64,000 nucleotides of DNA from Gammaproteobacteria bacterium (GTDB lineage Bacteria; Pseudomonadota; Gammaproteobacteria; Ga0077536): NCBI GenBank assembly GCA_963662545.2, contig CAXXLL010000002.1, forward strand, positions 416,001 through 480,000, written 5' to 3'. Each line of letters begins with the position of its first letter. The first letter of the stretch is position 1. Below are positions 43,241 to 53,954 of this stretch, in pieces. A model generated the notes under the pieces. It searched no databases. It had not been told where the DNA came from and worked only from the letters and a program-made list of their open reading frames with translations. Both the position numbers and the translations under genes were made by a program.

Positions 43241-44173
43241 ATGGAGCTAATACGCGGCATACATAACATTCGACCGGAACACCACGGTTGTGTCGCAACG
43301 ATTGGGAATTACGACGGCGTACATCTCGGGCATACCGAAATTATCAAACGCCTCAAGCGTCGAGCAAAGCGCCACGGAGTTTCCAGCGTCGTCATCATCT
43401 TCGAACCGCAACCCGAGGAATTCTTCATTCACGATGAATGCCCGGCCCGGTTGTCGCGCCTACGCGAGAAATTTCATTTGATCGCTGAGCGCGGCGTCGA
43501 TCGGCTGCTCGTATTCAAGTTCAACCGGCTCCTGGCAACGCTCAAGCCCGAGCATTTCGTGCGCAACTTGCTGGTCGATAAGCTGGGTGTCAAGGCGCTG
43601 ATCATCGGCGACGATTTCAAGTTCGGCCGCGCCCGCCGCGGCAACTTCAAAACGCTGCTCAATTTGGGCCGTGCTTACGATTTCGAGGTCGAGCAGACGC
43701 CGGCCTTCCTGTTCATCGGCAAGCGGATCAGCAGTACCTCGATCCGGTCTCTGCTGCATCATGGCTACATGAAAGAAGCGGAACGGATGCTGGGCCACCC
43801 TTATTGTATGGAAGGCCGGGTCGTATATGGCCATCGACGTGGGCGCGAATGGGGTTTCCCCACCGCGAACCTCGATTTACATCGAGTGGAAAGCCCTGTT
43901 TCCGGGATCTTCGCGGTCAAGGTCCACGGGCTTGCCGAAGAACCGTTGAAGGCCGTCGCCTACGCCGGCACGAGACCGATCATTGACGATCCGCGCTCCG
44001 TACTCGAGGTGCACATATTCGACTACGATGCGGATTGTTACGGCGCGTACATCAAGGTGCAGTTCGTCGGCAAGATACGCGAAGATATCGAGTTCGAATC
44101 CTTTGACGTGATGGCGGAGCAGGTCAGGCGTGACTGCGACGCGGCTAAGGAGATTTTGTCTTTTGAATACTAG
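43241..44173 (+). CDS. ribF: Bifunctional riboflavin kinase/FAD synthetase
   Basis: TIGNYDGVHLGH, ISSTSIR, GFPTAN, LEVHIFD. Confidence 0.96.
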   Translation: MELIRGIHNIRPEHHGCVATIGNYDGVHLGHTEIIKRLKRRAKRHGVSSVVIIFEPQPEEFFIHDECPARLSRLREKFHLIAERGVDRLLVFKFNRLLATLKPEHFVRNLLVDKLGVKALIIGDDFKFGRARRGNFKTLLNLGRAYDFEVEQTPAFLFIGKRISSTSIRSLLHHGYMKEAERMLGHPYCMEGRVVYGHRRGREWGFPTANLDLHRVESPVSGIFAVKVHGLAEEPLKAVAYAGTRPIIDDPRSVLEVHIFDYDADCYGAYIKVQFVGKIREDIEFESFDVMAEQVRRDCDAAKEILSFEY

Positions 44174-44672
44174 CAGGCGGGTTGAGAGCCGCCGGCATCT
44201 GCGGTTCTGGCTAGGCCTTGCGCTGGGCATTTGTCTGCTGGACCAGGGCGTGAAGACCCTTGCCGGGGCGTATCTGACCTATGGGATCCCCGTGCCGATG
44301 CTCCCCGGTTTCAATTTGACCCTGCTGCACAACACGGGCGCAGCGTTCAGCCTCCTCGACGACGCTTCGGGCTGGCAGCGCTGGTTTTTTTCAGGCGTCG
44401 CCATCGTGGTCGGCATCGGTGTCGCCTTTTGGCTCTCAACGATGGACGCGAGTCAACGGTGGGCACCGTTGGCGCTGGCCCTCATCCTCGGCGGTGCATT
44501 CGGAAACTTGATCGACCGACTCTTGCTCGGCTATGTCGTTGACTTCATCGAGGTCTACTACGATCGATGGTCCTGGCCCGCCTTTAATGTCGCGGATGCG
44601 GCGATATCGGTCGGTGCCGTGATGCTGATCATTCGCGGCCCGCATTCCCGCACCTCACCCAGTACGGACTAG
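44163..44672 (+). CDS. lspA: Signal peptidase II
   Basis: NTGAAFS, GAFGNLIDR, VVDFI, FNVAD. Confidence 0.95.
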   Translation: MNTSRRVESRRHLRFWLGLALGICLLDQGVKTLAGAYLTYGIPVPMLPGFNLTLLHNTGAAFSLLDDASGWQRWFFSGVAIVVGIGVAFWLSTMDASQRWAPLALALILGGAFGNLIDRLLLGYVVDFIEVYYDRWSWPAFNVADAAISVGAVMLIIRGPHSRTSPSTD

Positions 44673-44675
44673 ATA

Positions 44676-44816
44676 GTGTCCGTACAGAAAGAATAACTCT
44701 CGCCAAGGCGCAAAGATCGCAAAGTGAACTGTGATCGTTATTAAACTCATTCGGAAATGCTTTCCTGGGGTCTTTGCGCCTTGGCGAGAGAAATATTGAT
44801 GTTAATGGATGGACAC
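44676..44816. mobile_element. MITE with ISNCY-like ends enclosing a REP-like palindrome
   Basis: Ends GTGTCCGTACAGAAA / TTAATGGATGGACAC resemble the IS ends at 58775/60471; internal 20-bp IR CTCTCGCCAAGGCGCAAAGA (44697) / TCTTTGCGCCTTGGCGAGAG (44771). Confidence 0.6.
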
Positions 44817-44974
44817 TATTTAGTAGAGACCGTGATGCCGCCGCTGGCGTTAAGCGGTATCTACCAAGGGCCGGGCGGGTGCGTATAATGCATTCTAGTG
44901 ACTCCGACAGGTCGGCGAAAAATATCGGGAAATCATTTTCCGCCATCCTGCCAATTATTTACGGGAAGTAATAG

Positions 44975-45925
44975 ATGCAGATACACCTGGCTAACCCGCG
45001 CGGATTCTGTGCCGGCGTCGATCGGGCGATCGGTATCGTGGAGCACGCGCTCGACCTGTTCGGCGCGCCGGTCTACGTCCGGCACGAAGTCGTGCACAAC
45101 AAGTACGTGGTCGATGGGCTGCGCAATAAGGGCGCCGTGTTCGTCGATGAGCTCGACGAAGTCCCTGACGGCGCGACCGTAATATTCAGCGCCCACGGCG
45201 TCGCAAAAGCCGTCCGCGAGGAAGCGGCCCACCGCAAGCTACGGGTATTCGATGCAATCTGCCCGCTCGTCACCAAGGTGCACATGGAAGTTGGACAGTA
45301 CCAGGACGAAGGCCGCGAATGCATCCTCCTCGGCCATGCTGGCCATCCGGAAGTCGAAGGTACTCTGGGGCAGTATCGCAAAGTCGACGATAAGCACGGC
45401 GGGATGTACCTGGTTGAATCGGTCGAGGATGTCGGGGATCTAAAGGTCAATAACCCGGAATTCCTGGCGTTCGTGACGCAAACGACGCTGTCGATGGACG
45501 ACACTGCCGAGATCATCGCTGCTCTGCGCGCCCGCTTTCCCAAGATCGTCGGTCCCAAGAAGGAAGACATCTGCTACGCGACCCAGAATCGCCAGGACGC
45601 GGTCAAGGGTATGGTCGAATATTGCGATCTCATTCTCGTGGTCGGATCAGAGACCAGTTCGAATTCCACCCGCTTGAAGGAGATTGCGGAAAAGCAGGGG
45701 ATCGCGGCCTACCTCATCGACGATGCTAGCGAGATCAAGACTGATTGGCTGTTGGGCAAGAAAAGCGTGGCGGTGACCGCAGGCGCGTCGGCGCCCGAAG
45801 TGCTGGTCGAGCAGGTCGTCCAGACCTTGAGGGATCACGGCGGCCTGGCAGTCAGCGAGGTGCCGGGAATCCAGGAAGAAGTCGTCTTCAGCCTGCCTCG
45901 GGAACTGGTTAAGGCCGCGAAGTAG
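44975..45925 (+). CDS. ispH: 4-hydroxy-3-methylbut-2-enyl diphosphate reductase
   Basis: [35 protein letters not shown]. Confidence 0.97.
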   Translation: MQIHLANPRGFCAGVDRAIGIVEHALDLFGAPVYVRHEVVHNKYVVDGLRNKGAVFVDELDEVPDGATVIFSAHGVAKAVREEAAHRKLRVFDAICPLVTKVHMEVGQYQDEGRECILLGHAGHPEVEGTLGQYRKVDDKHGGMYLVESVEDVGDLKVNNPEFLAFVTQTTLSMDDTAEIIAALRARFPKIVGPKKEDICYATQNRQDAVKGMVEYCDLILVVGSETSSNSTRLKEIAEKQGIAAYLIDDASEIKTDWLLGKKSVAVTAGASAPEVLVEQVVQTLRDHGGLAVSEVPGIQEEVVFSLPRELVKAAK

Positions 45926-46024
45926 GTGCCGTAGCCGGTCGCGTCATGGTTTGAGAAGATCCGTCAACCTACAAGCGAGATCCTGCGGATCGATCGATGC
46001 AGGCGTCCGTGCAGGCGAACCCGG

Positions 46025-46492
46025 TCAATTACAATATTCCTTTAAGGCTTTCTGCGCCTTGCTGATCCGCGAATTGCGCTGGTCTTCGGTCAGAAACGCG
46101 CGCTCGTTATTCTCATTGACATACTGCAGGCGGTTCGCGCGTGGGCCCTGCATCTGCGCGAGTTGTTCTTTGGCGTTCGTGCAGTTCTTTTTCTTGATGA
46201 CTAATTGCTCCGGTGTCAGCTCCTTGGGGGTCTCGCCAGCGGCGTCCCCACCGGCGCCATCCGTCTCCGCGGTACTACCGGGCGTGCTTTTCACAGCGCC
46301 CGCCGGCTGCTTGGCATAGCGGGGCTTGATGACCTCGCTCTCCGTGCCGCGCGGCGGGGTTTGTGAGAACACGACGTTGCCGTCTTCGTCCACCGACTTG
46401 TACATTTCCGCGGCCGCGGACCCGGCCAGCGCCAGCGCCATTACCAGGATGGCAGTATCGGGCCATCGCATGCCGGCTATTTGCCCCAGCAT
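46025..46492 (-). CDS. DUF4124-domain exported protein
   Basis: Signal peptide followed by MYKSVDEDGNVVFSQTPP. Confidence 0.8.
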   Translation of the reverse strand: MLGQIAGMRWPDTAILVMALALAGSAAAEMYKSVDEDGNVVFSQTPPRGTESEVIKPRYAKQPAGAVKSTPGSTAETDGAGGDAAGETPKELTPEQLVIKKKNCTNAKEQLAQMQGPRANRLQYVNENNERAFLTEDQRNSRISKAQKALKEYCN

Positions 46493-46986
46493 GTGTCGTT
46501 ACCACCATGGACGTTGCCACTGTGGTCAGTGTGGGCGTCACCCTCCGTCCCACGCGAGTCGAGGCTCAGCGCGCCGCACATGGTGTCGGTGTGCGGGGCC
46601 AGCGGTGTGATGGTCAAGAGGTAACTGGTATTGATATTACCCGTCGCGCCCACGGCCATGGTCAGGTCGTAGTTTTCTTCTTCCGAACACGGATTCGCGC
46701 TCTGTGTGCATGCATCGGTCGTCGGTGAATAACCGAGAGAGGTTGCCGCCGTCGTGTACTGGTTGTTGTCGAAATAAAAGCGTTCCTGGCGCGCTGCGGC
46801 TTCCAGCAACAGGACCTTGCCTTCCGAGCGTTTTGCGCGGTCGACATAGTCCTTGTAAGACGGCAATGCCACGGAGGCGAGGATGCCGACGATGACGACC
46901 ACGATCATCACTTCCATCAAGGTGACGCCGCCCTGCCGGCTCCGGCTAGTCTGCCTCGGTGAAGTGCTGTTGCTAGGCTTGTTCAC
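46477..46986 (-). CDS. pilE: Type IV minor pilin PilE
   Basis: GVTLMEVMIVV...PSYKDYV; last pilin of the operon. Confidence 0.85.
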   Translation of the reverse strand: MNKPSNSTSPRQTSRSRQGGVTLMEVMIVVVIVGILASVALPSYKDYVDRAKRSEGKVLLLEAAARQERFYFDNNQYTTAATSLGYSPTTDACTQSANPCSEEENYDLTMAVGATGNINTSYLLTITPLAPHTDTMCGALSLDSRGTEGDAHTDHSGNVHGGNDTCWGK

Positions 46987-47041
46987 GTCTGAACCTCCAT
47001 GAAAATCTTCGATTTCGACAAGTCCGTCTCCTGTCGTTCCG

Positions 47042-50000
47042 CTAAAACGTCCGGTATTCCCGCCATGTTATCTCGCCATTGGCGATGCCGCCGAGGGTCG
47101 TGGCATCGGTCGTATCGATGGCACCTGTCGATTTCTGCGTGATGACGGTGACTTTACCAGGAATGTCCTGATCACCGATATGGATACTGGGCGTGGAGGC
47201 GAGACCCGCGCCGAGGTCGACGAAGGGACTCGACTCGCTCACACCCGCGGGGCAACCCGCGCACGGAATTTCTCCGAAGATCGGACTCGGCAGCGCGGTG
47301 CCGGTATTGAAGGCGAGTCCGAGCAGGATACTGGTGCCTTCCGAGGTACAGAGGTCCGTGCTCGGGGTGAACGCGGTGTTGAACAGTACGCCGTCGATCA
47401 GGGTCGAGCGGTTCACGCTGCGCTCCGACGGGTCGGGCGCGTTCGTCGTGTAATGCCGCTGCCAGCCGCCGGCCGTCTCGACCGTTGCCTTGAGGGCGTC
47501 GAAAGTTATAATCACACTGCCGTCACCGTCGAGGTCGACGTCGCCGTTGGTGCGGACTACCGTGTTCGTCGTCACGATCAGGTCGGCGATCGTGGGCGAG
47601 AGGTTCGACGCATTGTCACCGACCGCGGGGTTCTCGTCGATGAATCCGTACAAGGTCTGCTCGGTTATGCTGGTCTTGTCCGCATTCACGTAGAGCCGTC
47701 CGGTGCCCGCCATCACCCAGGTCTGGAATTTCTCATCCACGGTTATTGACGCTTGGGAGATGAAGGGCTTGTTCGCATCCAGCAGCCTTTTGGCGGATCC
47801 CCAGTTGCCGGGATCGGGTTCCTCACCAATGGCTATGCGCCAGATCGAGCCGTCATCCGCGGTGGCGTCGCCGACGGTACCGAAATAAATGGCTTCCGCC
47901 TTCATGTCGACGTCGAAATCGATGACGACGGGATCGCCCACGAAGGTGTTGTTCTCGTTGACTTCTTCATAGCCGGCGCCGGTATTGAACGGCCCCGTCG
48001 TCACGCGCGCGCCATCTATGGTAAGAAGGGAAGCCCGCCCGGATGCCAGGTCAGCCAGATCATAGGCGAACAACCGGGCTTTCTGCGTCGACGTGGCCGT
48101 GCCGAGATCGGTCGGCCCCGATCCGAAGATCAGGTACCACTTATTGGGACTGGAAGTTGTAGTTGCCGGGCCCGGTGGTTCTATCGGGTCGCCAATGATC
48201 GCGATCTGCGGAAAGGAGGTCGTGAAATTGAGCCCATCGGGTGATAGTTCAGCCAGCACGTCGGGCGGACTTTCGGGATCCGTAATGTCGAGTATGACGA
48301 GTGCCGATTTCATCGTCGCGTCCGTACCGCCCATGTTGTCGATATCGAGCGAGATGCTGGTGTTATCCGAACCGCCGCCGAATCGCATGCCCATGACGAG
48401 CACGGTGCCCCAGCCATTGGGGTGGATGGTATCGGGCGCGAAGATCTTCGCATCGAACACGCGCGGCGTATTGTCCATGTAGAAGACGTGTGAGTAGTCC
48501 GGACGGGTCAGCCACTGCAGGTGGGGCAGGAGATTCTTCGGAATATAGGCCCACAGTTCCGCGCCCAGCGGGTGCGGCGTCTGGCTGTTTGGCGACAGCT
48601 CGAACTTCTTCGTAACAGCATTGAAAAAGCCGCCGTTGAACGCGTGGATCATGCCGCCGTTGCTGCCGATATACACGACTTGCCGCCGGTTCTGGTATTT
48701 CGCGCGGAATACGGCGTAACTGGTGTCGAGCGCCAGCAGGTCGAACGCCTCGATAGGCGTCGACACCGGGATCGGCGTCGAGTGGATGATGTCGGCCATG
48801 CGCATCAGTTCGAGATTGCCCGAGGCATGCGCCGCCGTGCCGCCCGCGTTGTTGCCATCGTAGTCCACGATGCGGTTGCGCAGGCCCGTGATGTTTTTGC
48901 CGCGCACCCAGTTGATGATGTTGTCGGCGGTCGCCTGGACGCCCTCGTCCAGCCATCGCCAGCGGTTGTTCGAGCCGAACGCCGAGGTCGTGAAGCTCAC
49001 GATCTCGGCGCCGCCGACATCGACGATATCGTTTAAGTCGTCGTCGACCCAGGTGATGATGTGGCGCCCTTCGTTGGCGCCCGTGCCGACCGCCACGTTG
49101 TAGGAACGCTGGTTCTCGATCGTTCCCTCGTCCAGGTCCGAGAGGCGTTCCCGGGCGTTCCAGATAGTCTGGAGCTCAGTCAGTTCGAGTATCGTAGAGG
49201 TGGCTGTGGCCTCTACGAATTCAAGCGGGTCGCTGGTTGAGAAGCGCCTTATCTTGGAACGCCGGTCGACCTCGTCAAAGAATATCTCGACGACCTTGTC
49301 GACGGTGTAGTCGTCGAGCTGGCCATCCTGGTCGTTGTCCTCGCGAATCAGGCCCTCCGGATCAACCCACAGGGCGTGCAAAGTGCCGATCCACTGCACT
49401 TCGTTCGAGGCGGCCGTGCTGTCCGATTTGAAGGGGTCGTAAAGTGCCTGAAACACGGCGCCGACGCCCTCCTGGTCGTTCGCGACCACGGCCGCGGCGG
49501 TACCGGAGGAGACGCGTTCAATGATGATGTCGAATACCGCGGACAGCGAATCCTCGAGCGCCGCCGGATTGGAGACGAAGAAAAAATTGTCAGGCACGCC
49601 GTCGCCGTCCGGAATACCGTCGGGTATGCCGTCGGGGGGACTATTAACGGTGTTCAGGTCTGGCGTAAACGCGCCGTTCTGGTCGCGGACGTCCCACTCC
49701 TGGCGGAGGTTGGGCGTGCCGTCGTCGTCGGTGTCGTTGAATCCGCCCCATTTGGCGGCGTAGTACAGCGGATTCTCGAGCAGGCCCGCCGCCGGCGTCG
49801 CGCTCACGGTGAAAGTGTGCGAAACGGGCGGGTCACCCACGTTGCAGTTGTTGCAGGCCGGCACGCCCGGAAATACCTCGTCAACGTAGTCGCCGTTCTC
49901 GATGCCGGAATAGGCGTGAAAGCCATCCTCGGTGGTGCCGCTCGTGACGAAACCGAAGAGCTGTTGGTTGACCGTCGATTCCGCAATGACATCGGTGGTG

Positions 50001-52225
50001 ACGGTGATGGTGTTCGCCGCCACGTCGACGATGTAATCCAGCAGGCCCCAGAGATCCTGGTCGTAGTCACCGCCCTGCTCGGAGTCCTTCCAGTTGATGT
50101 AGAACTTGCCGTGGAAAACCCCTGAGCCTACCTGCTCGGTCGGGAACAATACCGTCGGCTGTCCAGCCCCATTGACTTGTGCGGGATTGATCTCGGTGTG
50201 TTTTCGCACGACCTTGAAATCGACCAGCGCGCCGGCGCCTTCCGGTTGCCCTGCTTTGAGCAGGCGGTAACCGGGCAGGATATTGACGGTCGCCGCCGTA
50301 CCGTCCGGCCCGATGGGCGCGACGATCGCCGGCACGTTGGTGGCGAGCGCCACCGCGTAGGTTACGACGTCCTGGACGCCGTCCAGATCCGAACGCATAT
50401 CGTTAGTGCGGGCGTAGTGTGCCATGCCAGCCATGTGAAAAGAGCCCTCCAAGGTTGGCCCCTCGGGGCAAAGCCCGAAACTGTCACCCAGGCTGGTAAT
50501 GGTCTTGGGCGTGCAGACCTCGTCCGTCGCGGCGGCGGTCTTGCCGATAAACCACTTGTTGCCGTGGATGCCCTCACCGACGCCCACCGCGTCGGTCAGG
50601 GCTTTCGGTGTGGCACCGCCAAAGATAGCGCTACTGGTCTCGTTGTTGTCGTAAGAATTGATGCTCGCATTGAAGGCCACGACATTCAGCGAGGCACAAG
50701 CGTTGTCCGCGTCCAGTGGATCGGTCGCCCAGGACACCGAATTCGGCAGGGCCGAGAAGAAACTCGAATCGTTCGCGTTGAAGGCGGGCGTTGGCGCGCG
50801 GCCGCTGCCGACCGAGAAGTAACGCAGCGCCTCGAGGTAGATCTCGGAGATCGGATTACCCCAGGCCTCGCACTTGCCTGCAGTGAGGCCAGCCAGCTGG
50901 AAGCCGCAGTTGTCCTCGCTGTCGTCGCCAAAGTAGGTGCCGCCTTTATTGCCGTTGGCGCCGTAGTCGTAGCCCCAGATCCGCATCGTGTTCAACATGC
51001 CGATGATGTTGCCGGCGGCGGGGGCGGACTTGAAGGTGCCGTCCGTCGTGGTATTGATTTCATCGGTCATTACGCCGACGTTTTTGCGCAGCACACCGCC
51101 TGAGATGTTCTTCTGCCAGCTGCCGGTAATGAGGCCGAAATCGACCAAACCGGTCTCGCCATAGCGCTGTAGCAGCCCGGTCGGCTTAATATTACTGCTC
51201 GGATACTTCTTGCAGTTCTCGAGGTTGTTGCTCGCATCAAAGAAATTGTCGTCGCACACCTCGACGCGCACGATGTGATCCCGGGACCCGTTGGGCGTTT
51301 GGAGTTCGAGTGCCGGGAAAGGGTCGCTGTCGCCGGCGTTAATGCCGGATTGCGCGGATTGATTCTTGTTGATGTCGTCATTGCGGCCTTCGCGGTTGCT
51401 GCCGCTGGTCGGAGCCTCCCAGGTGCACTGCCAGCGCTCATTCGCGCCCCAGAGTTGCCGGTTGGTGCTTACCGCACGCAGCAGTGGTGGGCTGGTCGTC
51501 GTCTGCGAGTTCGTGTTCTCGCCGGAGAACGTGGTATTGCAGATCGTGATGCCTTCGTCGCTGTCGTCGACGCCGTCGTTGTTGCCGCCATTCAGCGTAT
51601 CGGTCTTGACTGAATTAAAGGGAGTGAGCTTGTCCACATCGGCGCCGTTGTAGTACTTCGCGAAGCTATGGGCGTCGGTCGGAAGGTGGGCGCGTTCCAG
51701 CACGGTCAGCGAACTCGTGTCGGTCGAACGCTTACCGCCGAAGAGGATCTTCCGGACGATGTCCATGCGCGACATTGCGGACCAGTTCAGGAAATTGCCG
51801 CTCCACGCGTCCGCGGATCCGCCGCTGCAATAATGCTTGTTAACGGTGCCGTCGGTCGTGGAGACCGGCTCGAAGCGTCCGTTCCCGTCGTCATAGCGGT
51901 AGCACAGCTCCGAATGAAAATAACCGTAGTACGTAAAGGTGTCGTCGTAGGTGGTCTCGATCACTCCGTCCGAATCGACATCCGAATAGTCGTTGTAAGC
52001 CTTGAAGAAGTACTGGTGGTCGCGTGACATCGCGAGCATCACCTGCGGCGTGACGGATTCCACACTCGTCACCGGTCCCGCCGTGTAATCGGCCATCGAA
52101 GCGCCCGAAAGTTGCGCGGCACTGGCATTGAACGAAGTCACGGCAGGAAGAAAGCCGATGCTCAGAACGACGCCGTGCATGAAGTGTTTCGAATAATGGA
52201 TGATGGAATGCATGGGCTTCCTCAT
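47042..52225 (-). CDS. pilY1: Type IV pilus tip adhesin PilY1/PilC (1727 aa)
   Basis: C-terminal PilC propeller (IIHSTP, GMIHAFN, ELWAYIP) and several DxDxDG Ca-binding-like motifs; operon position. Confidence 0.88.
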   Translation of the reverse strand: MRKPMHSIIHYSKHFMHGVVLSIGFLPAVTSFNASAAQLSGASMADYTAGPVTSVESVTPQVMLAMSRDHQYFFKAYNDYSDVDSDGVIETTYDDTFTYYGYFHSELCYRYDDGNGRFEPVSTTDGTVNKHYCSGGSADAWSGNFLNWSAMSRMDIVRKILFGGKRSTDTSSLTVLERAHLPTDAHSFAKYYNGADVDKLTPFNSVKTDTLNGGNNDGVDDSDEGITICNTTFSGENTNSQTTTSPPLLRAVSTNRQLWGANERWQCTWEAPTSGSNREGRNDDINKNQSAQSGINAGDSDPFPALELQTPNGSRDHIVRVEVCDDNFFDASNNLENCKKYPSSNIKPTGLLQRYGETGLVDFGLITGSWQKNISGGVLRKNVGVMTDEINTTTDGTFKSAPAAGNIIGMLNTMRIWGYDYGANGNKGGTYFGDDSEDNCGFQLAGLTAGKCEAWGNPISEIYLEALRYFSVGSGRAPTPAFNANDSSFFSALPNSVSWATDPLDADNACASLNVVAFNASINSYDNNETSSAIFGGATPKALTDAVGVGEGIHGNKWFIGKTAAATDEVCTPKTITSLGDSFGLCPEGPTLEGSFHMAGMAHYARTNDMRSDLDGVQDVVTYAVALATNVPAIVAPIGPDGTAATVNILPGYRLLKAGQPEGAGALVDFKVVRKHTEINPAQVNGAGQPTVLFPTEQVGSGVFHGKFYINWKDSEQGGDYDQDLWGLLDYIVDVAANTITVTTDVIAESTVNQQLFGFVTSGTTEDGFHAYSGIENGDYVDEVFPGVPACNNCNVGDPPVSHTFTVSATPAAGLLENPLYYAAKWGGFNDTDDDGTPNLRQEWDVRDQNGAFTPDLNTVNSPPDGIPDGIPDGDGVPDNFFFVSNPAALEDSLSAVFDIIIERVSSGTAAAVVANDQEGVGAVFQALYDPFKSDSTAASNEVQWIGTLHALWVDPEGLIREDNDQDGQLDDYTVDKVVEIFFDEVDRRSKIRRFSTSDPLEFVEATATSTILELTELQTIWNARERLSDLDEGTIENQRSYNVAVGTGANEGRHIITWVDDDLNDIVDVGGAEIVSFTTSAFGSNNRWRWLDEGVQATADNIINWVRGKNITGLRNRIVDYDGNNAGGTAAHASGNLELMRMADIIHSTPIPVSTPIEAFDLLALDTSYAVFRAKYQNRRQVVYIGSNGGMIHAFNGGFFNAVTKKFELSPNSQTPHPLGAELWAYIPKNLLPHLQWLTRPDYSHVFYMDNTPRVFDAKIFAPDTIHPNGWGTVLVMGMRFGGGSDNTSISLDIDNMGGTDATMKSALVILDITDPESPPDVLAELSPDGLNFTTSFPQIAIIGDPIEPPGPATTTSSPNKWYLIFGSGPTDLGTATSTQKARLFAYDLADLASGRASLLTIDGARVTTGPFNTGAGYEEVNENNTFVGDPVVIDFDVDMKAEAIYFGTVGDATADDGSIWRIAIGEEPDPGNWGSAKRLLDANKPFISQASITVDEKFQTWVMAGTGRLYVNADKTSITEQTLYGFIDENPAVGDNASNLSPTIADLIVTTNTVVRTNGDVDLDGDGSVIITFDALKATVETAGGWQRHYTTNAPDPSERSVNRSTLIDGVLFNTAFTPSTDLCTSEGTSILLGLAFNTGTALPSPIFGEIPCAGCPAGVSESSPFVDLGAGLASTPSIHIGDQDIPGKVTVITQKSTGAIDTTDATTLGGIANGEITWREYRTF

Positions 52226-52254
52226 GGTCTTGTCCTCGTAATTCCGTGGGCGTC

Positions 52255-52899
52255 TCAGTTGCGCACCAGGACGCGGTAATCTGCGCCCGTGACGATCACC
52301 GCGTTACCCGCGGATACGCCGATCGACCTCATGTCGAAAAAAACGTGTGCGCCCGCTCCGGCAGCGCCGACGCCGGGCCCGAGATAACCCGATCCCTGCG
52401 CTGCCCCGGAACCGGGCGAGAGCATGCTGGCCGTGCGTGTTACCCAGACGTCGGAGAACATGTCGGTGTTGTCCGGGGAGTTGTCGCCGTCGGTATCGAG
52501 CTTGAATCGCATGTCTTCCGTGCGCGCATAGGGATCGGAGACGAGATCCGCGAGTACCCCGTTGGTGCCCATGAAGTAATCCGCCGTGGCATTGACGACC
52601 TCGACCTCGGTCGGGATGTCGAAACTCGCCGTCGCCGGCGCGGTGCCCCCAATAGCCGTCGGCCAGCCGCGATAGAACACGTGGTCTTCAAGCGTCGGCC
52701 CGACCGCAGTTCGCGCACCCTCCGAGCTCTGGAACGCGCGCCGCGAAAGCGTCGTATTCGTCGTCATCTTGAGATCGACGGTGGTCGTGCGCGTGGCGAC
52801 GACCGCAATCATAGTCATGACCAGCAACATGATCAGTGCAATGACCAGTGCCATGCCGCGTTCAATGTGGGAGAAATTCGATTGCGAAGTCCGGTTCAT
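52255..52899 (-). CDS. pilX: Type IV minor pilin PilX
   Basis: ERGMALVIALIMLLVMT, lacking Glu5 as is typical of PilX. Confidence 0.85.
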   Translation of the reverse strand: MNRTSQSNFSHIERGMALVIALIMLLVMTMIAVVATRTTTVDLKMTTNTTLSRRAFQSSEGARTAVGPTLEDHVFYRGWPTAIGGTAPATASFDIPTEVEVVNATADYFMGTNGVLADLVSDPYARTEDMRFKLDTDGDNSPDNTDMFSDVWVTRTASMLSPGSGAAQGSGYLGPGVGAAGAGAHVFFDMRSIGVSAGNAVIVTGADYRVLVRN

Positions 52900-52902
52900 G
52901 GT

Positions 52903-53931
52903 TCAGGCCCTCGTGAGGTTTCTTATCTGGACGACAAAATTGAACAGCTTGCGACGGTAGGAACGGTCAGCTGCAACTGGGGTGTAAGGGAACCCGCCGT
53001 ACATATTGAAGGTGCGAGTATCGGTAAAGGTCGCGTCGTATTCCTCGCCCCGGATGACGAGCGATATTTGGACGTTCGTCACCCGGTTCCAATTGCTGTT
53101 GGTGGTGATGGTCGTCGCGTCAAAGTATTGGATCTGAGGCGGATCGACGGATTCGTCCAGAAGGCCGTAAGTGATCTGCATTTGCTCGACGCCCGCGATG
53201 ATGTCTTCCTCGACCAGTTGGGTGCCGCTGAGTACAAGCCGCGTCAGAGTCGGCGTCGTGTCGTCGGCAGCGTCGCAGACGTTGGGCGTGCCGAAATCCT
53301 GGGAGGCGCACTTGCGAATGAAATAGACCGCTGTCTTGAAGCGGTAATTGGTGAATTCTGTGTCGGTTCCGGTGGCCGGATGCACCGGGTAGGGCGTGTC
53401 CGCCTGGATGTCCGCGTCCAGGGCGGCCAGCGCCGTGCCCTGGAAGATGGCGGCCCGGCGCCCGATCGCCGTGCGCAGATAGATGTCGGCCGAGGTGACG
53501 ATGTCTTCCGACCACACGCGCTCCGGTTGCCCATAACGGATGATGAGCATGTCGGTGTTCGGCTGGTAGTCGGAGGCCGGAACGCAACTGAGCGGTGCGG
53601 TCGCCGCGCCCTCGAATCCAATGAATCCGATCGGCGTTAATGCCGGGCTCTCGGCGCAATCGTCGGTAATCGCCACGGTCGTCTCTAAGGAAATGGCGGA
53701 AGCCTCGACGCCACCCCAATGATCGCCCATGCGCAGGTCGTACTGTATCTGGTTGAGGGCATAGCGGGCATTCTCGTTTAGAATGTTAGTGCTCTCCTGC
53801 AGCCGGTAAGCCTGCTTGTTGCTCACGAATATGCTGATGATCCCGGACAGCAGAATCAGTCCGACGGTGATGGAAACCATCAGCTCGATGAGCGTAATAC
53901 CGCGCTGTCGATCGTTGTTTAAAGCTCGCAT
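52903..53931 (-). CDS. pilW: Type IV minor pilin PilW
   Basis: GITLIELMVSI, ENARYAL, GVEQMQITYG. Confidence 0.88.
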   Translation of the reverse strand: MRALNNDRQRGITLIELMVSITVGLILLSGIISIFVSNKQAYRLQESTNILNENARYALNQIQYDLRMGDHWGGVEASAISLETTVAITDDCAESPALTPIGFIGFEGAATAPLSCVPASDYQPNTDMLIIRYGQPERVWSEDIVTSADIYLRTAIGRRAAIFQGTALAALDADIQADTPYPVHPATGTDTEFTNYRFKTAVYFIRKCASQDFGTPNVCDAADDTTPTLTRLVLSGTQLVEEDIIAGVEQMQITYGLLDESVDPPQIQYFDATTITTNSNWNRVTNVQISLVIRGEEYDATFTDTRTFNMYGGFPYTPVAADRSYRRKLFNFVVQIRNLTRA

Positions 53932-53954
53932 AATTATGGTTCTCTAGTTCGCGT

